Shown here one piece after another: positions 1 through 13,860 of a stretch of 57,927 nt of DNA. The DNA is from Utricularia gibba (lineage: Eukaryota > Plantae > Magnoliophyta): contig NEEC01000287.1 of NCBI GenBank assembly GCA_002189035.1, forward strand, positions 1 to 57,927, read 5' to 3'. A program made the position numbers and the translations under genes. Each line of letters opens with the position of its first letter. Positions within the stretch are counted from its first letter, which is position 1. The notes under the pieces were generated by a model. The model had not been told where the DNA came from. It did not search any database and was given only the letters and a program-made list of their open reading frames with translations.

Positions 1-582
1 CCCTCGAGAGCGCCTCCTCAAATAAAAAGTATGTGGTTGGAAAACCATTTGGGGTGCTCATGACATCCTAACTTCAATAATGCATCACGATTTTCGTTGA
101 ATAGGACCGATTGGGCGCAGGAGTCGAACCGAACTTGGGTCCGGATGAACTTCCCAACGAAAGCACCCACCAAAAAACGACAAGCTTTTTCCTTCAGAAA
201 CAATGTAGGCAGCTGCCGAAAACCCACGTTAATAAATGGATCACTTTTTTGCCGGGCTACAAATGACTATGGGCCCGATTTCGACAGACCTCCGGCCAGA
301 TCCTAGTGCCCCTCGAGAGCGCCTCCTCAAATATAAAGCTTGTGGATGAGAAACCATTTGGGGTGCTCATGACATCCTAACTTCAATAAATGCATCACGA
401 TTTTCGTTGAATAGGACCCGATTGGGCGCAGGAGTCGAACCGAACCTTGGGTCCGGATGAACTTCCCAACGAAAGCACCCACCCAAAAACGACAAGCTTT
501 TCCTTCAGAAACAATGTAGGCAGCTGCCGAAAACCCAACGTTAATAAATGGATCATTTTTTTGCCGGGCTACAAATGACTAT

Positions 583-3500
583 GGGCCCGAGCCCGACCCG
601 ACCTCCGCCCGATCCTGGTGCCCCTCGAGAGCGCCTCCTCAAATATAAATCTTGTGGATGAGAAAGCCATTTGGGGTGCTCATGACATCCTAACTTCAAA
701 AAATGCATGTTGATTTTTGTTGAATAGGACCCGATTGGGCTCAGGAGTCGAACCGAACCTTGGTCCGGATGAACTTCCCAATGAAAGCACCACCCAAAAA
801 CGACAAGCTTTCCTTCAGAAACCATGTAAGCAGCTGCCGAAAACCCAACGTTAATAAATGGATCACTTTTTTTCCCGGGCTACAAATGACTATGGGCCCG
901 AGCCCGACCTGACCTCCGGCCCGATCCTGGTGCCCTCGAGAGCGCCTCCTCAAATATAAAGCTTGTGGATGAGAAAACCATTTGGGGTGCTCATGACATC
1001 CTAACTTCAATAAATGCATCACGATTTTCGTCAAATAGTACCTGATTTGGCTCAGGAGTCGAACCGAAACTTGGGTCTGGACGAAGTTCCCAACGACAGC
1101 ACCCACCCAAAAAAGACAAGCTTTTCCTTCAGAAACCATGTAGGCAGCTGCCGAAAACCCAACGTTAATAAATGGATCACTTTTTTTGCCGGGCTACAAA
1201 TGACTATGGGCCCGATTTCGAAAGACCTCCGGCCCGATCCTAGTGCCCCTCGAGAGCGCCTCCTCAAATAAAAGCATGTGGTTGAGAAAACCATTTGGGG
1301 GCTCATGACATCCTAACTTCAATAAATGCATCACGATTTTCGTTGAATAGGACCCGATTGGGCTCAGGAGTCGAACCGAACCTTGGGTCCGGATGAACTT
1401 CCCAACGAAAGCACCCACCAAAAACGACAAGCTTTTCCTTCAGAAACAATGTAGGCAGCTGCCGAAAAACCCAACGTTAATAAATGGATCACTTTTTTTG
1501 CCGGGCTACAAATGACTATGGGCCCGAGCCGACCGACCTCCGGCCCGATCCTGGTGCCCTCGAGAGCCTCCTCAAATATAAAGCTTGTGGATGAAACCAT
1601 TTGGGGTGCTCATGACATCCTAACTTCAATAAATGCATCACGATTTTCGTCGAATAGACCGATTTGGCTCAGGAGTCGAACCGAACCTTGGTCGGATGAA
1701 GTTCCCAACGAAAGCACCCACCAAAAACGACAAGCTTTTCCTTCAGAAACCATGTAGCAGCTGCCGAAAAACCAACGTTAATAAATGGATCATTTTTTGC
1801 CGGGCTACAAATGACTATGGGCCCGAGTTCGATATGACCTCCGGCCCGATCCTAGTGCCCCTCGAGAGCGCCTCCTCAAATAAAAAGCTTGTGGTTGAGA
1901 AACCATTTGGGGTGCTCATGACATCCTAACTTCAATAAATGCATCACGATTTTCGTTGAATAGGACCCGATTGGCTCAGGAGTCGAACCGAACCTTGGGT
2001 CCGGATGAACTTCCCAACGAAAGCACCCACCCAAAAACGACAAGCTTTTCCTTCAGAAACAATGTAGGCAGCTGCCGAAAACCCAACGTTAATAAATGGA
2101 TCACTTTTTTTGCCGGGCTACAAATGACTATGGGCCCGAGCCCGACCCGACCTCCGGCCCGATCCTGGTGCCCCTCGAGAGCGCCTCCTCAAATATAAAT
2201 CTTGTGGATGAGAAACCATTTGGGGTGCTCATGACATCCTAACTTCAAAAAATGCATACGATTTTCGTTGAATAGGACCCGATTGGGCTCAGGAGTCGAA
2301 CCGAACCTTGGGTCCGGATGAACTTCCCAATGAAAGCACCAACCAAAAACGACAAGCTTTTCCTTCAGAAACAATGTAGGCAGCTGCCGAAAACCCAACG
2401 TTAATAAATGGATCACTTTTTTTGCCGGGCTACAAATGACTATGGGCCCGAGCCCGACCGACCTCCGGCCCGATCTGGTGCCCCTCGAGAGCGCCTCCTC
2501 AAATATAAAAGCTTGTGGGATGAAAACCATTTGGGGTGCTCATGACATCCTAACTTCAATAAATGCATCACGATTTTCGTCAATAGACCGATTTGGCTCA
2601 GGAGTCGAACCGAAACTTGGGTCCGGATGAACTTCCCAACGAAAGCACCCACCCAAAAAACGACAAGCTTTTCCTTCAGAAACAATGTAGGCAGCTGCCG
2701 AAAACCCAACGTTAATAAATGGATCACTTTTTTTGCCGGGCTACAAATGACTATGGGCCCGATTTCGACGACCCGGCCGATCCTAGTGCCCCTCGAGAGC
2801 GCCTCCTCAAATAAAAAGTTGTGGTTGGAAAACCATTTGGGGTGCTCATGACATCCTAACTTCAATAAATGCATCACGATTTTCGTTGAATAGGACCCGA
2901 TTGGGCGCAGGAGTCGAACCGAACCTTGGGTCCGGATGAACTTCCCAACGAAAGCACCCACCAAAAAACGACAAGCTTTTCCTTCAGAAACAATGTAGGC
3001 AGCTGCGAAAACCCAACGTTAATAAATGGATCACTTTTTTTGCCGGGCTACAAATGACTATGGGCCCGAGCCCGACCTGACCTCCGGCCCGATCCTAGTG
3101 CCCCTCGAGAGCGCCTCCTCAAATATAAAGCTTGTGGATGAGAAAACCATTTGGGGGTGCTCATGACATCCTAACTTCAATAAATGCATCACGATTTTCG
3201 TCGAATAGGACCCGATTGGCTCAGGAGTCGAACCGAACCTTGGGTCGGATGAACTTCCCAACGAAAGCACCCACCAAAAACGACAAGCTTTTCCTTCAGA
3301 AACAATGTAGGCAGCTGCCGAAAACCCAACGTTAATAAATGGATCACTTTTTTTGCCGGGCTACAAATGACTATGGGCCCGAGTTCGGACCTCCGGCCCG
3401 ATCCTTGCCCCTCGAGAGCGCCTCCTCAAATAAAAAGCTTGTGGAGAAAACCATTTGGGGTGCTCATGACATCCTAACTTCAATAAATGCATCACGATTT

Positions 3501-3678
3501 TCGTTGAATAGGACCCGATTGGGCTCAGGAGTCGAACCGAACCTTGGGTCCGGATGAACTTCCCAACGAAAGCACCCCCAAAAACGACAAGCTTTTCCTT
3601 CAGAAACCATGTAAGCAGCTGCCGAAAACCCAACGTTAATAAATGGATCACTTTTTTTGCCGGGCTACAAATGACTAT
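583..3678. repeat. Two copies of a 5-monomer HOR (A-B-C-E-like-C'), ~1.55 kb
   Basis: A-type monomers start at 583, 2132 and 3679 (spacing 1549, 1547). The fourth monomers (1520, 3062) carry the GTCGAAT allele and are followed by a GAGTTCG-headed monomer (1819, 3375). Markers are partly mixed. Confidence 0.6.
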
Positions 3679-6600
3679 GGCCGAGCCCGACCCGACCTCC
3701 GGCCCGATCCTGGTGCCCCTCGAGAGCGCCTCCTCAAATAAAATCTTGTGGATGAGAAACCATTTGGGGTGCTCATGACATCCTAACTTCAAAAATGCAT
3801 CACGATTTTTGTTGAATAGGACCCGATTGGGCTCAGGAGTCGAACCGAACCTTGGTCCGGATGAACTTCCCAATGAAAGCACCAAACCAAAAACGACAAG
3901 CTTTTCCTTCAGAAACCATGTAAGCAGCTGCCGAAAACCCAACGTTAATAAATGGATCACTTTTTTCCCGGGCTACAAATGACTATGGGCCCGAGCCGAC
4001 CTGACCTCCGGCCCGATCCTGGTGCCCCTCGAGAGCGCCTCCTCAATATAAAGCTTGTGGATGAGAAAACCATTTGGGGTGCTCATGACATCCTAACTTC
4101 AATAAATGCATCACGATTTTCGTCAAATAGACCGATTTGGCTCAGGAGTCGAACCGAAACTTGGGTCGGACGAAGTTCCCAACGAAGCACCCACCCAAAA
4201 AAGACAAGCTTTTCCTTCAGAAACAATGTAGGCAGCTGCCGAAAACCCAACGTTAATAAATGGATCACTTTTTTTGCCGGGCTACAAATGACTATGGGCC
4301 CGATTTCGACTGACCTCCGCCGATCCTAGTGCCCCTCGAGAGCGCCTCCTCAAATAAAGCTTGTGGTTGAGAAAACCATTTGGGGTGCTCATGACATCCT
4401 AACTTCAATAAATGCATCACGATTTTCGTTGAATAGGACCCGATTGGGCGCAGGAGTCGAACCGAACCTTGGGTCCGGATGAACTTCCCAACGAAAGCAC
4501 CCACCAAAAACGACAAGCTTTTCCTTCAGAAACAATGTAGGCAGCTGCCGAAAACCCAACGTTAATAAATGGATCACTTTTTTTGCCGGGCTACAAATGA
4601 CTATGGGCCCGAGTTCGACCGACCTCCGGCCCGATCCTAGTGCCCCTCGAGAGCGCCTCCTCAAATATAAAGCTTGTGGATGAGAAAACCATTTGGGGTG
4701 CTCATGACATCCTAACTTCAATAAATGCATCACGATTTTCGAAAGGACCCGATTGGGCTCAGGAGTCGAACCGAACCTTGGGTCCGGATGAACTTCCCAA
4801 CGAAAGCACCCACCCAAAAACGACAAGCTTTTCCTTCAGAAACAATGTAGGCAGCTGCCGAAAACCCAACGTTAATAAATGGATCACTTTTTTGCCGGGC
4901 TACAAATGACTATGGGCCCGAGCCCGGACCTCCGGCCCGATCCTGGTGCCCCTCGAGAGCGCCTCCTCAAATATAAAGCTTGTGGATGAAAACCATTTGG
5001 GGTGCTCATGACATCCTAACTTCAATAAATGCATCACGATTTTCGTTGAATAGGACCCGATTGGCTCAGGAGTCGAACCGAACCTTGGGTCCGGACGAAC
5101 TTTCCAACGAAAGCACCCACCAAAAACGACAAGCTTTTCCTTCAGAAACCATGTAGGCAGCTGCCGAAAACCCAACGTTAATAAATGGATCACTTTTTTT
5201 GCCGGGCTACAAATGACTATGGGCCCGAGCCCGACCCGACCTCCGGCCCGATCCTGGTGCCCCTCGAGAGCGCCTCCTCAAATATAAAGCTTGTGGATGA
5301 GAAACCATTTGGGGTGCTCATGACATCCTAACTTCAAAAAATGCATCACGATTTTCGTGAATAGGACCCGATTGGGCTCAGGAGTCGAACCGAACCTTGG
5401 TCCGGATGAACTTCCCAATGAAAGCACCACCCAAAACGACAAGCTTTTCCTTCAGAAACCATGTAAGCAGCTGCCGAAAACCCAACGTTAATAAATGGAT
5501 CACTTTTTTTGCCGGGCTACAAATGACTATGGGCCCGAGCCCGACCTGACCTCCGGCCCGATCCTGGTGCCCCTCGAGAGCGCTCCTCAAATATAAAGCT
5601 TGTGGATGAGAAAACCATTTGGGTGCTCATGACATCCTAACTTCAATAAATGCATCACGATTTTCGTCAAATAGACCCGATTTGGCTCAGGAGTCGAACC
5701 GAACCTTGGGTCGGACGAAGTTCCCAACGAAGCACCCACCCAAAAAAGACAAGCTTTTCCTTCAGAAACAATGTAGGCAGCTGCCGAAAACCCAACGTTA
5801 ATAAATGGATCACTTTTTTTGCCGGGCTACAAATGACTATGGGCCCGAGCCCGACGACCTCCGGCCGATCCTAGTGCCCCTCGAGAGCGCCTCCTCAAAT
5901 AAAAATTGTGGATGAGAAAACCATTTGGGGTGCTCATGACATCCTAACTTCAATAAATGCATCACGATTTTCGTTGAATAGGACCCGATTGGGCTCAGGA
6001 GTCGAACCGAACCTTGGGTCCGGATGAACTTCCCAACGAAAGCACCCACCAAAAAACGACAAGCTTTTCCTTCAGAAACATGTAGGCAGCTGCCGAAAAC
6101 CCAACGTTAATAAATGGATCACTTTTTTTCCCGGGCTACAAATGACTATGGGCCCGAGCCCGACCTGACCTCCGGCCCGATCCTGGTGCCCCTCGAGAGC
6201 GCCTCCTCAAATATAAAGCTTGTGGATGAGAAAACCATTTGGGGTGCTCATGACATCCTAACTTCAATAAATGCATCACGATTTTCGTCAAATAGACCGA
6301 TTGGCTCAGGAGTCGAACCGAACCTTGGGTCGGACGAAGTTCCCAACGAAAGCACCCACCCAAAAACGACAAGCTTTTCCTTCAGAAACCATGTAGGCAG
6401 CTGCCGAAAACCCAACGTTAATAAATGGATCACTTTTTTGCCGGGCTACAAATGACTATGGGCCCGAGTTCGAATGACCTCCGGCCCGATCCTAGTGCCC
6501 CTCGAGAGCGCCTCCTCAAATAAAAGCTTGTGGATGAGAAAACCATTTGGGGTGCTCATGACATCCTAACTTCAATAAATGCATCACGATTTTCGTTGAA

Positions 6601-8303
6601 TAGGACCCGATTGGGCTCAGGAGTCGAACCGAACCTTGGGTCCGGATGAACTTCCCAACGAAAGCACCCACCCAAAAACGACAAGCTTTTCCTTCAGAAA
6701 CAATGTAGGCAGCTGCCGAAAACCCAACGTTAATAAATGGATCACTTTTTTTGCCGGGCTACAAATGACTATGGGCCCGAGCCCGACCCGACCTCCGGCC
6801 CGATCCTGTGCCCCTCGAGAGCGCCTCCTCAAATAAAAGCTTGTGGATGAGAAAACCATTTGGGGTGCTCATGACATCCTAACTTCAATAAATGCATCAC
6901 GATTTTCGTTGAATAGGACCCGATTGGGCTCAGGAGTCGAACCGAACCTTGGGTCCGGATGAACTTCCCAACGAAAGCACCCACCCAAAAACGACAAGCT
7001 TTTCCTTCAGAAACATGTAGGCAGCTGCCGAAAACCCAACGTTAATAAATGGATCACTTTTTTTGCCGGGCTACAAATGACTATGGGCCCGATTTCGACT
7101 GACCTCCGGCCGATCCTAGTGCCCCTCGAGAGCGCCTCCTCAAATAAATTGTGGATGAGAAACCATTTGGGGTGCTCATGACATCCTAACTTCAATAAAT
7201 GCATCACGATTTTCGTTGAATAGGACCCGATTGGGCTCAGGAGTCGAACCGAACCTTGGGTCCGGATGAACTTCCCAACGAAAGCACCCACCCAAAAACG
7301 ACAAGCTTTTCCTTCAGAAACAATGTAGGCAGCTGCCGAAAACCCAACGTTAATAAATGGATCACTTTTTTGCCGGGCTACAAATGACTATGGGCCCGAG
7401 CCCGACCCGACCTCCAGCCCGATCCTGGTGCCCCTCGAGAGCGCCTCCTCAAATATAAATCTTGTGGATGAGAAACCATTTGGGGTGCTCATGACATCCT
7501 AACTTCAAAAATGCATCGATTTTTGTTGAATAGGACCCGATTGGGCTCAGGAGTCGAACCGAACCTTGGTCCGGATGAACTTCCCAATGAAAGCACCAAA
7601 CCAAAAACGACAAGCTTTTCCTTCAGAAACCATGTAAGCAGCTGCCGAAAACCCAACGTTAATAAATGGATCACTTTTTTTCCCGGGCTACAAATGACTA
7701 TGGGCCCGAGCCCGACCTGACCTCCGGCCCGATCCTGGTGCCCCTCGAGAGCGCCTCCTCAAATATAAAGCTTGTGGATGAGAAAACCATTTGGGGTGCT
7801 CATGACATCCTCTTCAATAAATGCATCACGATTTTCGTCAAATAGGACCGATTTGGCTCAGGAGTCGAACCGAAACTTGGGTCGGACGAACTTCCCAACG
7901 AAGCACCCACCAAAAAAGACAAGCTTTTCCTTCAGAAACATGTAGGCAGCTGCCGAAAACCCAACGTTAATAAATGGATCAACCTAACAGAACCGACGAT
8001 CAACCCCGATTTCCGGCCAGATCCTAGTGCCCCTCGAGAGCGCCTCCTCAAATATAAATCTTGTGGATGAGAAACCATTTGGGGTGCTCATGACATCCTA
8101 ACTTCAATAAATGCATCACGATTTTCGTTGAATAGGACCCGATTGGGCGCAGGAGTCGAACCGAACCTTGGGTCCGGATGAACTTCCCAACGAAAGCACC
8201 CACCAAAAACGACAAGCTTTTCCTTCAGAAACAATGTAGGCAGCTGCCGAAAACCCAACGTTAATAAATGGATCACTTTTTTTGCCGGGCTACAAATGAC
8301 TAT

Positions 8304-11300
8304 GGGCCCGAGCCCGACCCGACCTCCAGCCCGATCCTGGTGCCCCTCGAGAGCGCCTCCTCAAATATAAATCTTGTGGATGAGAAAGCCATTTGGGGTG
8401 CTCATGACATCCTAACTTCAAAAAATGCACGATTTTTGTTGAATAGGACCCGATTGGGCTCAGGAGTCGAACCGAACCTTGGTCCGGATGAACTTCCCAA
8501 TGAAAGCACCAACCAAAAACGACAAGCTTTTCCTTCAGAAACCATGTAAGCAGCTGCCGAAAACCCAACGTTAATAAATGGATCACTTTTTTTCCCGGGC
8601 TACAAATGACTATGGGCCCGAGCCCGACCTGACCTCCGGCCCGATCCTGGTGCCCCTCGAGAGCGCCTCCTCAAATATAAAGCTTGTGGATGAGAAAACC
8701 ATTTGGGGTGCTCATGACATCCTAACTTCAATAAATGCATCACATTTTCGTCAAATAGACCTGATTGGCTCAGGAGTCGAACGAAACTTGGGTCGGACGA
8801 AGTTCCAACGAAGCACCACCCAAAAAAGACAAGCTTTTCCTTCAGAAACCATGTAGGCAGCTGCCGAAAACCCAACGTTAATAAATGGATCACTTTTTTG
8901 CCGGGCTACAAATGACTATGGGCCCGAGTTCGAATGACCTCCGGCCCGATCCTAGTGCCCCTCGAGAGCGCCTCCTCAAATAAAAGCATGTGGTTGAGAA
9001 AACCATTTGGGGTGCTCATGACATCCTAACTTCAATAAATGCATCACGATTTTCGTTGAATAGGACCCGATTGGGCTCAGGAGTCGAACCGAACCTTGGG
9101 TCCGGATGAACTTCCCAACGAAAGCACCCACCAAAAACGACAAGCTTTTCCTTCAGAAACAATGTAGGCAGCTGCCGAAAACCCAACGTTAATAAATGGA
9201 TCACTTTTTTTGCCGGGCTACAAATGACTATGGGCCCGATTTCGACAAGACCTCCGGCCGATCCTAGTGCCCCTCGAGAGCGCCTCCTCAAATATAAAGC
9301 TTGTGGATGAGAAACCATTTGGGGTGCTCATGACATCCTAACTTCAATAAATGCATCACGATTTTCGTTGAATAGGACCCGATTGGGCTCAGAGTCGAAC
9401 CGAACCTTGGGTCCGGATGAACTTCCCAACGAAAGCACCCACCCAAAAACGACAAGCTTTTCCTTCAGAAACAATGTAGGCAGCTGCCGAAAACCCAACG
9501 TTAATAAATGGATCACTTTTTTGCCGGGCTACAAATGACTATGGGCCCGAGCCCGACCCGACCTCCGGCCCGATCCTGGTGCCCCTCGAGAGCGCCTCCT
9601 CAAATATAAAGCTTGTGGATGAGAAACCATTTGGGGTGCTCATGACATCCTAACTTCAAAAAAATGCATCATTTTTGTTGAATAGGACCCGATTGGGCTC
9701 AGGAGTCGAACCGAACCTTGGTCCGGATGAACTTCCCAATGAAAGCACCCAAAAAACGACAAGCTTTTCCTTCAGAAACCATGTAAGCAGCTGCCGAAAA
9801 CCCAACGTTAATAAATGGATCACTTTTTTTTTCCCGGGCTACAAATGACTATGGGCCCGAGCCCGACCTGACCTCCGGCCGATCCTGGTGCCCCTCGAGA
9901 GCGCCTCCTCAAATATAAAGCTTGTGGATGAGAAAACCATTTGGGGTGCTCATGACATCCTAACTTCAATAAATGCATCACGATTTTCGTGAATAGGACC
10001 GATTGGCTCAGGAGTCGAACCGAACCTTGGGTCGGACGAAGTTCCCAACGAAGCACCCACCCAAAAAAGACAAGCTTTTCCTTCAGAAACCATGTAGGCA
10101 GCTGCCGAAAACCCAACGTTAATAAATGGATCACTTTTTTGCCGGGCTACAAATGACTATGGGCCCGAGTTCGAATGACCTCCGGCCCGATCCTAGTGCC
10201 CCTCGAGAGCGCCTCCTCAAATAAAAGCTTGTGGTTGAGAAAACCATTTGGGGTGCTCATGACATCCTAACTTCAATAAATGCATCACGATTTTCGTTGA
10301 ATAGGACCCGATTGGGCTCAGGAGTCGAACCGAACCTTGGGTCCGGATGAACTTCCCAACGAAAGCACCACCCAAAAACGACAAGCTTTTCCTTCAGAAA
10401 CAATGTAGGCAGCTGCCGAAAACCCAACGTTAATAAATGGATCACTTTTTTTGCCGGGCTACAAATGACTATGGGCCCGACGACGACCTCCGGCCGATCC
10501 TAGTGCCCCTCGAGAGCGCCTCCTCAAATAAATCTTGTGGATGAGAAACCATTTTGCTCATGACATCCTAACTTCAATAAATGCATCACGATTTTCGTTG
10601 AATAGGACCCGATTGGGCTCAGGTCGAACCGAACCTTGGGTCCGGATGAACTTCCCAACGAAAGCACCCACCCAAAAACGACAAGCTTTTCCTTCAGAAA
10701 CATGTAGCAGCTGCCGAAAACCCAACGTTAATAAATGGATCACTTTTTTTGCCGGGCTACAAATGACTATGGGCCCGAGCCCGACCCGACCTCCGGCCCG
10801 ATCCTGGTGCCCCTCGAGAGCGCCTCCTCAAATATAAAGCTTGTGGATGAGAAAACCATTTGGGGTGCTCATGACATCCTAACTTCAAAAAATGCATGAT
10901 TTTTGTTGAATAGGACCCGATTGGGCTCAGGAGTCGAACCGAACCTTGGTCCGGATGAACTTCCCAATGAAAGCACCAACCAAAAACGACAAGCTTTTCC
11001 TTCAGAAACCATGTAAGCAGCTGCCGAAAACCCAACGTTAATAAATGGATCACTTTTTTTGCCGGGCTACAAATGACTATGGGCCCGAGCGACCTGACCT
11101 CCGGCCGATCCTGGTGCCCCTCGAGAGCGCCTCCTCAAATATAAAGCTTGTGGATGAGAAAACCATTTGGGGTGCTCATGACATCCTAACTTCAATAAAT
11201 GCATCACGATTTTGAATAGACCGATTGGCTCAGGAGTCGAACGAAACTTGGGTCCGGATGAAGTTCCCAACGAAAGCACCCACCCAAAAACGACAAGCTT

Positions 11301-13860
11301 TTCCTTCAGAAACCATGTAGGCAGCTGCCGAAAACCCAACGTTAATAAATGGATCACTTTTTTGCCGGGCTACAAATGACTATGGGCCCGAGTTCGAAGA
11401 CCTCCGGCCCGATCCTAGTGCCCCTCGAGAGCGCCTCCTCAAATAAAAGCTTGTGGTTGAGAAACCATTTGGGTGCTCATGACATCCTAACTTCAATAAA
11501 TGCATCACGATTTTCGTTGAATAGGACCCGATTGGGCTCAGGAGTCGAACCGAACCTTGGGTCCGGATGAACTTCCCAACGAAAGCACCCACCCAAAAAC
11601 GACAAGCTTTTCCTTCAGAAACAATGTAGGCAGCTGCCGAAAACCCAACGTTAATAAATGGATCACTTTTTTTGCCGGGCTACAAATGACTATGGGCCCG
11701 ATTCGACGACCTCCGGCCGATCCTAGTGCCCCTCGAGAGCGCCTCCTCAAATATAAATCTTGTGGATGAGAAACCATTTGGGGTGCTCATGACATCCTAA
11801 CTTCAATAAATGCATCACGATTTTCGTTGAATAGGACCCGATTGGGCGCAGGAGTCGAACCGAACCTTGGGTCCGGATGAACTTCCCAACGAAAGCACCC
11901 ACCCAAAAACGACAAGCTTTTCCTTCAGAAACAATGTAGGCAGCTGCCGAAAACCCAACGTTAATAAATGGATCACTTTTTTTGCCGGGCTACAAATGAC
12001 TATGGGCCCGAGCCCGACCCGACCTCCAGCCCGATCCTGGTGCCCCTCGAGAGCGCCTCCTCAAATATAAATCTTGTGGATGAGAAAGCCATTTGGGGTG
12101 CTCATGACATCCTAACTTCAAAAAAATGCATGTTGATTTTGTTGAATAGGACCCGATTGGGCTCAGGAGTCGAACCGAACCTTGTCCGGATGAACTTCCC
12201 AATGAAAGCACCAAACAAAAACGACAAGCTTTTCCTTCAGAAACCATGTAGCAGCTGCCGAAAACCCAACGTTAATAAATGGATCACTTTTTTTCCCGGG
12301 CTACAAATGACTATGGGCCCGAGCCCGACCTGACCTCCGGCCCGATCCTGGTGCCCCTCGAGAGCGCCTCCTCAAATATAAAGCTTGTGGATGAGAAAAC
12401 CATTTGGGTGCTCATGACATCCTAACTTCAATAAATGCATCACGATTTTCGTCAAATAGACCTGATTTGGCTCAGGAGTCGAACGAAACTTGGGTCGGAC
12501 GAAGTTCCAACGAAGCACCCCAAAAAAGACAAGCTTTTCCTTCAGAAACCATGTAGGCAGCTGCCGAAAACCCAACGTTAATAAATGGATCACTTTTTTG
12601 CCGGGCTACAAATGACTATGGGCCCGAGTTCGAATGACCTCCGGCCCGATCCTGCCCTCGAGAGCGCCTCCTCAAATAAAAGCATGTGGTTGAGAAAACC
12701 ATTTGGGGTGCTCATGACATCCTAACTTCAATAAATGCATCACGATTTTCGTTGAATAGGACCCGATTGGGCTCAGGAGTCGAACCGAACCTTGGGTCCG
12801 GATGAACTTCCCAACGAAAGCACCCACCAAAAAACGACAAGCTTTTCCTTCAGAAACAATGTAGGCAGCTGCCGAAAACCCAACGTTAATAAATGGATCA
12901 CTTTTTTTGCCGGGCTACAAATGACTATGGGCCCGACGACGACCTCCGGCCCGATCCTAGTGCCCCTCGAGAGCGCCTCCTCAAATATAAAGCTTGTGGA
13001 TGAGAAAACCATTTGGGGTGCTCATGACATCCTAACTTCAATAAATGCATCACGATTTTCGTTGAATAGGACCCGATTGGGCTCAGGAGTCGAACCGAAC
13101 CTTGGGTCCGGATGAACTTCCCAACGAAAGCACCCACCCAAAAACGACAAGCTTTTCCTTCAGAAACAATGTAGGCAGCTGCCGAAAACCCAACGTTAAT
13201 AAATGGATCACTTTTTTTGCCGGGCTACAAATGACTATGGGCCCGAGCCCGACCCGACCTCCGGCCCGATCCTGGTGCCCCTCGAGAGCGCCTCCTCAAA
13301 TATAAAGCTTGTGGATGAGAAACCATTTGGGGTGCTCATGACATCCTAACTTCAAAAAAATGCATTTGATTTTTGTTGAATAGGACCCGATTGGGCTCAG
13401 GAGTCGAACCGAACCTTGGTCCGGATGAACTTCCCAATGAAAGCACCAACCAAAAACGACAAGCTTTTCCTTCAGAAACCATGTAAGCAGCTGCCGAAAA
13501 CCCAACGTTAATAAATGGATCACTTTTTTTCCGGGCTACAAATGACTATGGGCCCGAGCCGACCTGACCTCCGGCCCGATCCTGGTGCCCCTCGAGAGCG
13601 CCTCCTCAAATATAAAGCTTGTGGATGAGAAAACCATTTGGGGTGCTCATGACATCCTAACTTCAATAAATGCATCACGATTTTCGTCAAATAGGACCGA
13701 TTGGCTCAGGAGTCGAACCGAACCTTGGGTCCGGACGAAGTTCCCAACGAAGCACCCACCCAAAAACGACAAGCTTTTCCTTCAGAAACAATGTAGGCAG
13801 CTGCCGAAAACCCAACGTTAATAAATGGATCACTTTTTTTGCCGGGCTACAAATGACTAT
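8304..13860. repeat. 4-monomer HOR (A-B-C'-D), ~1.235 kb, about 4.5 copies
   Basis: A monomers (CTTCAAAAAATGCA, CCAATGA, GTAAGCAG, mostly TTCCCGGG tail) start at 8304, 9543, 10771, 12004 and 13239. Each is followed by B (mostly CGTCAAATAG and GGACGAAGTT), then a TGTGGTTGAG monomer, then a plain D monomer. Confidence 0.8.

Noticed and set aside
47-72. Telomeric repeats (TTTGGGG, CCTAAC)
   Set aside because: These are single degenerate words, not tandem TTTAGGG/TTAGG arrays, so no telomere is called.
385-548. Two AATAAA polyadenylation signals per monomer
   Set aside because: They are explained by the internal dimer anchor in an AT-rich patch, and there is no gene context.
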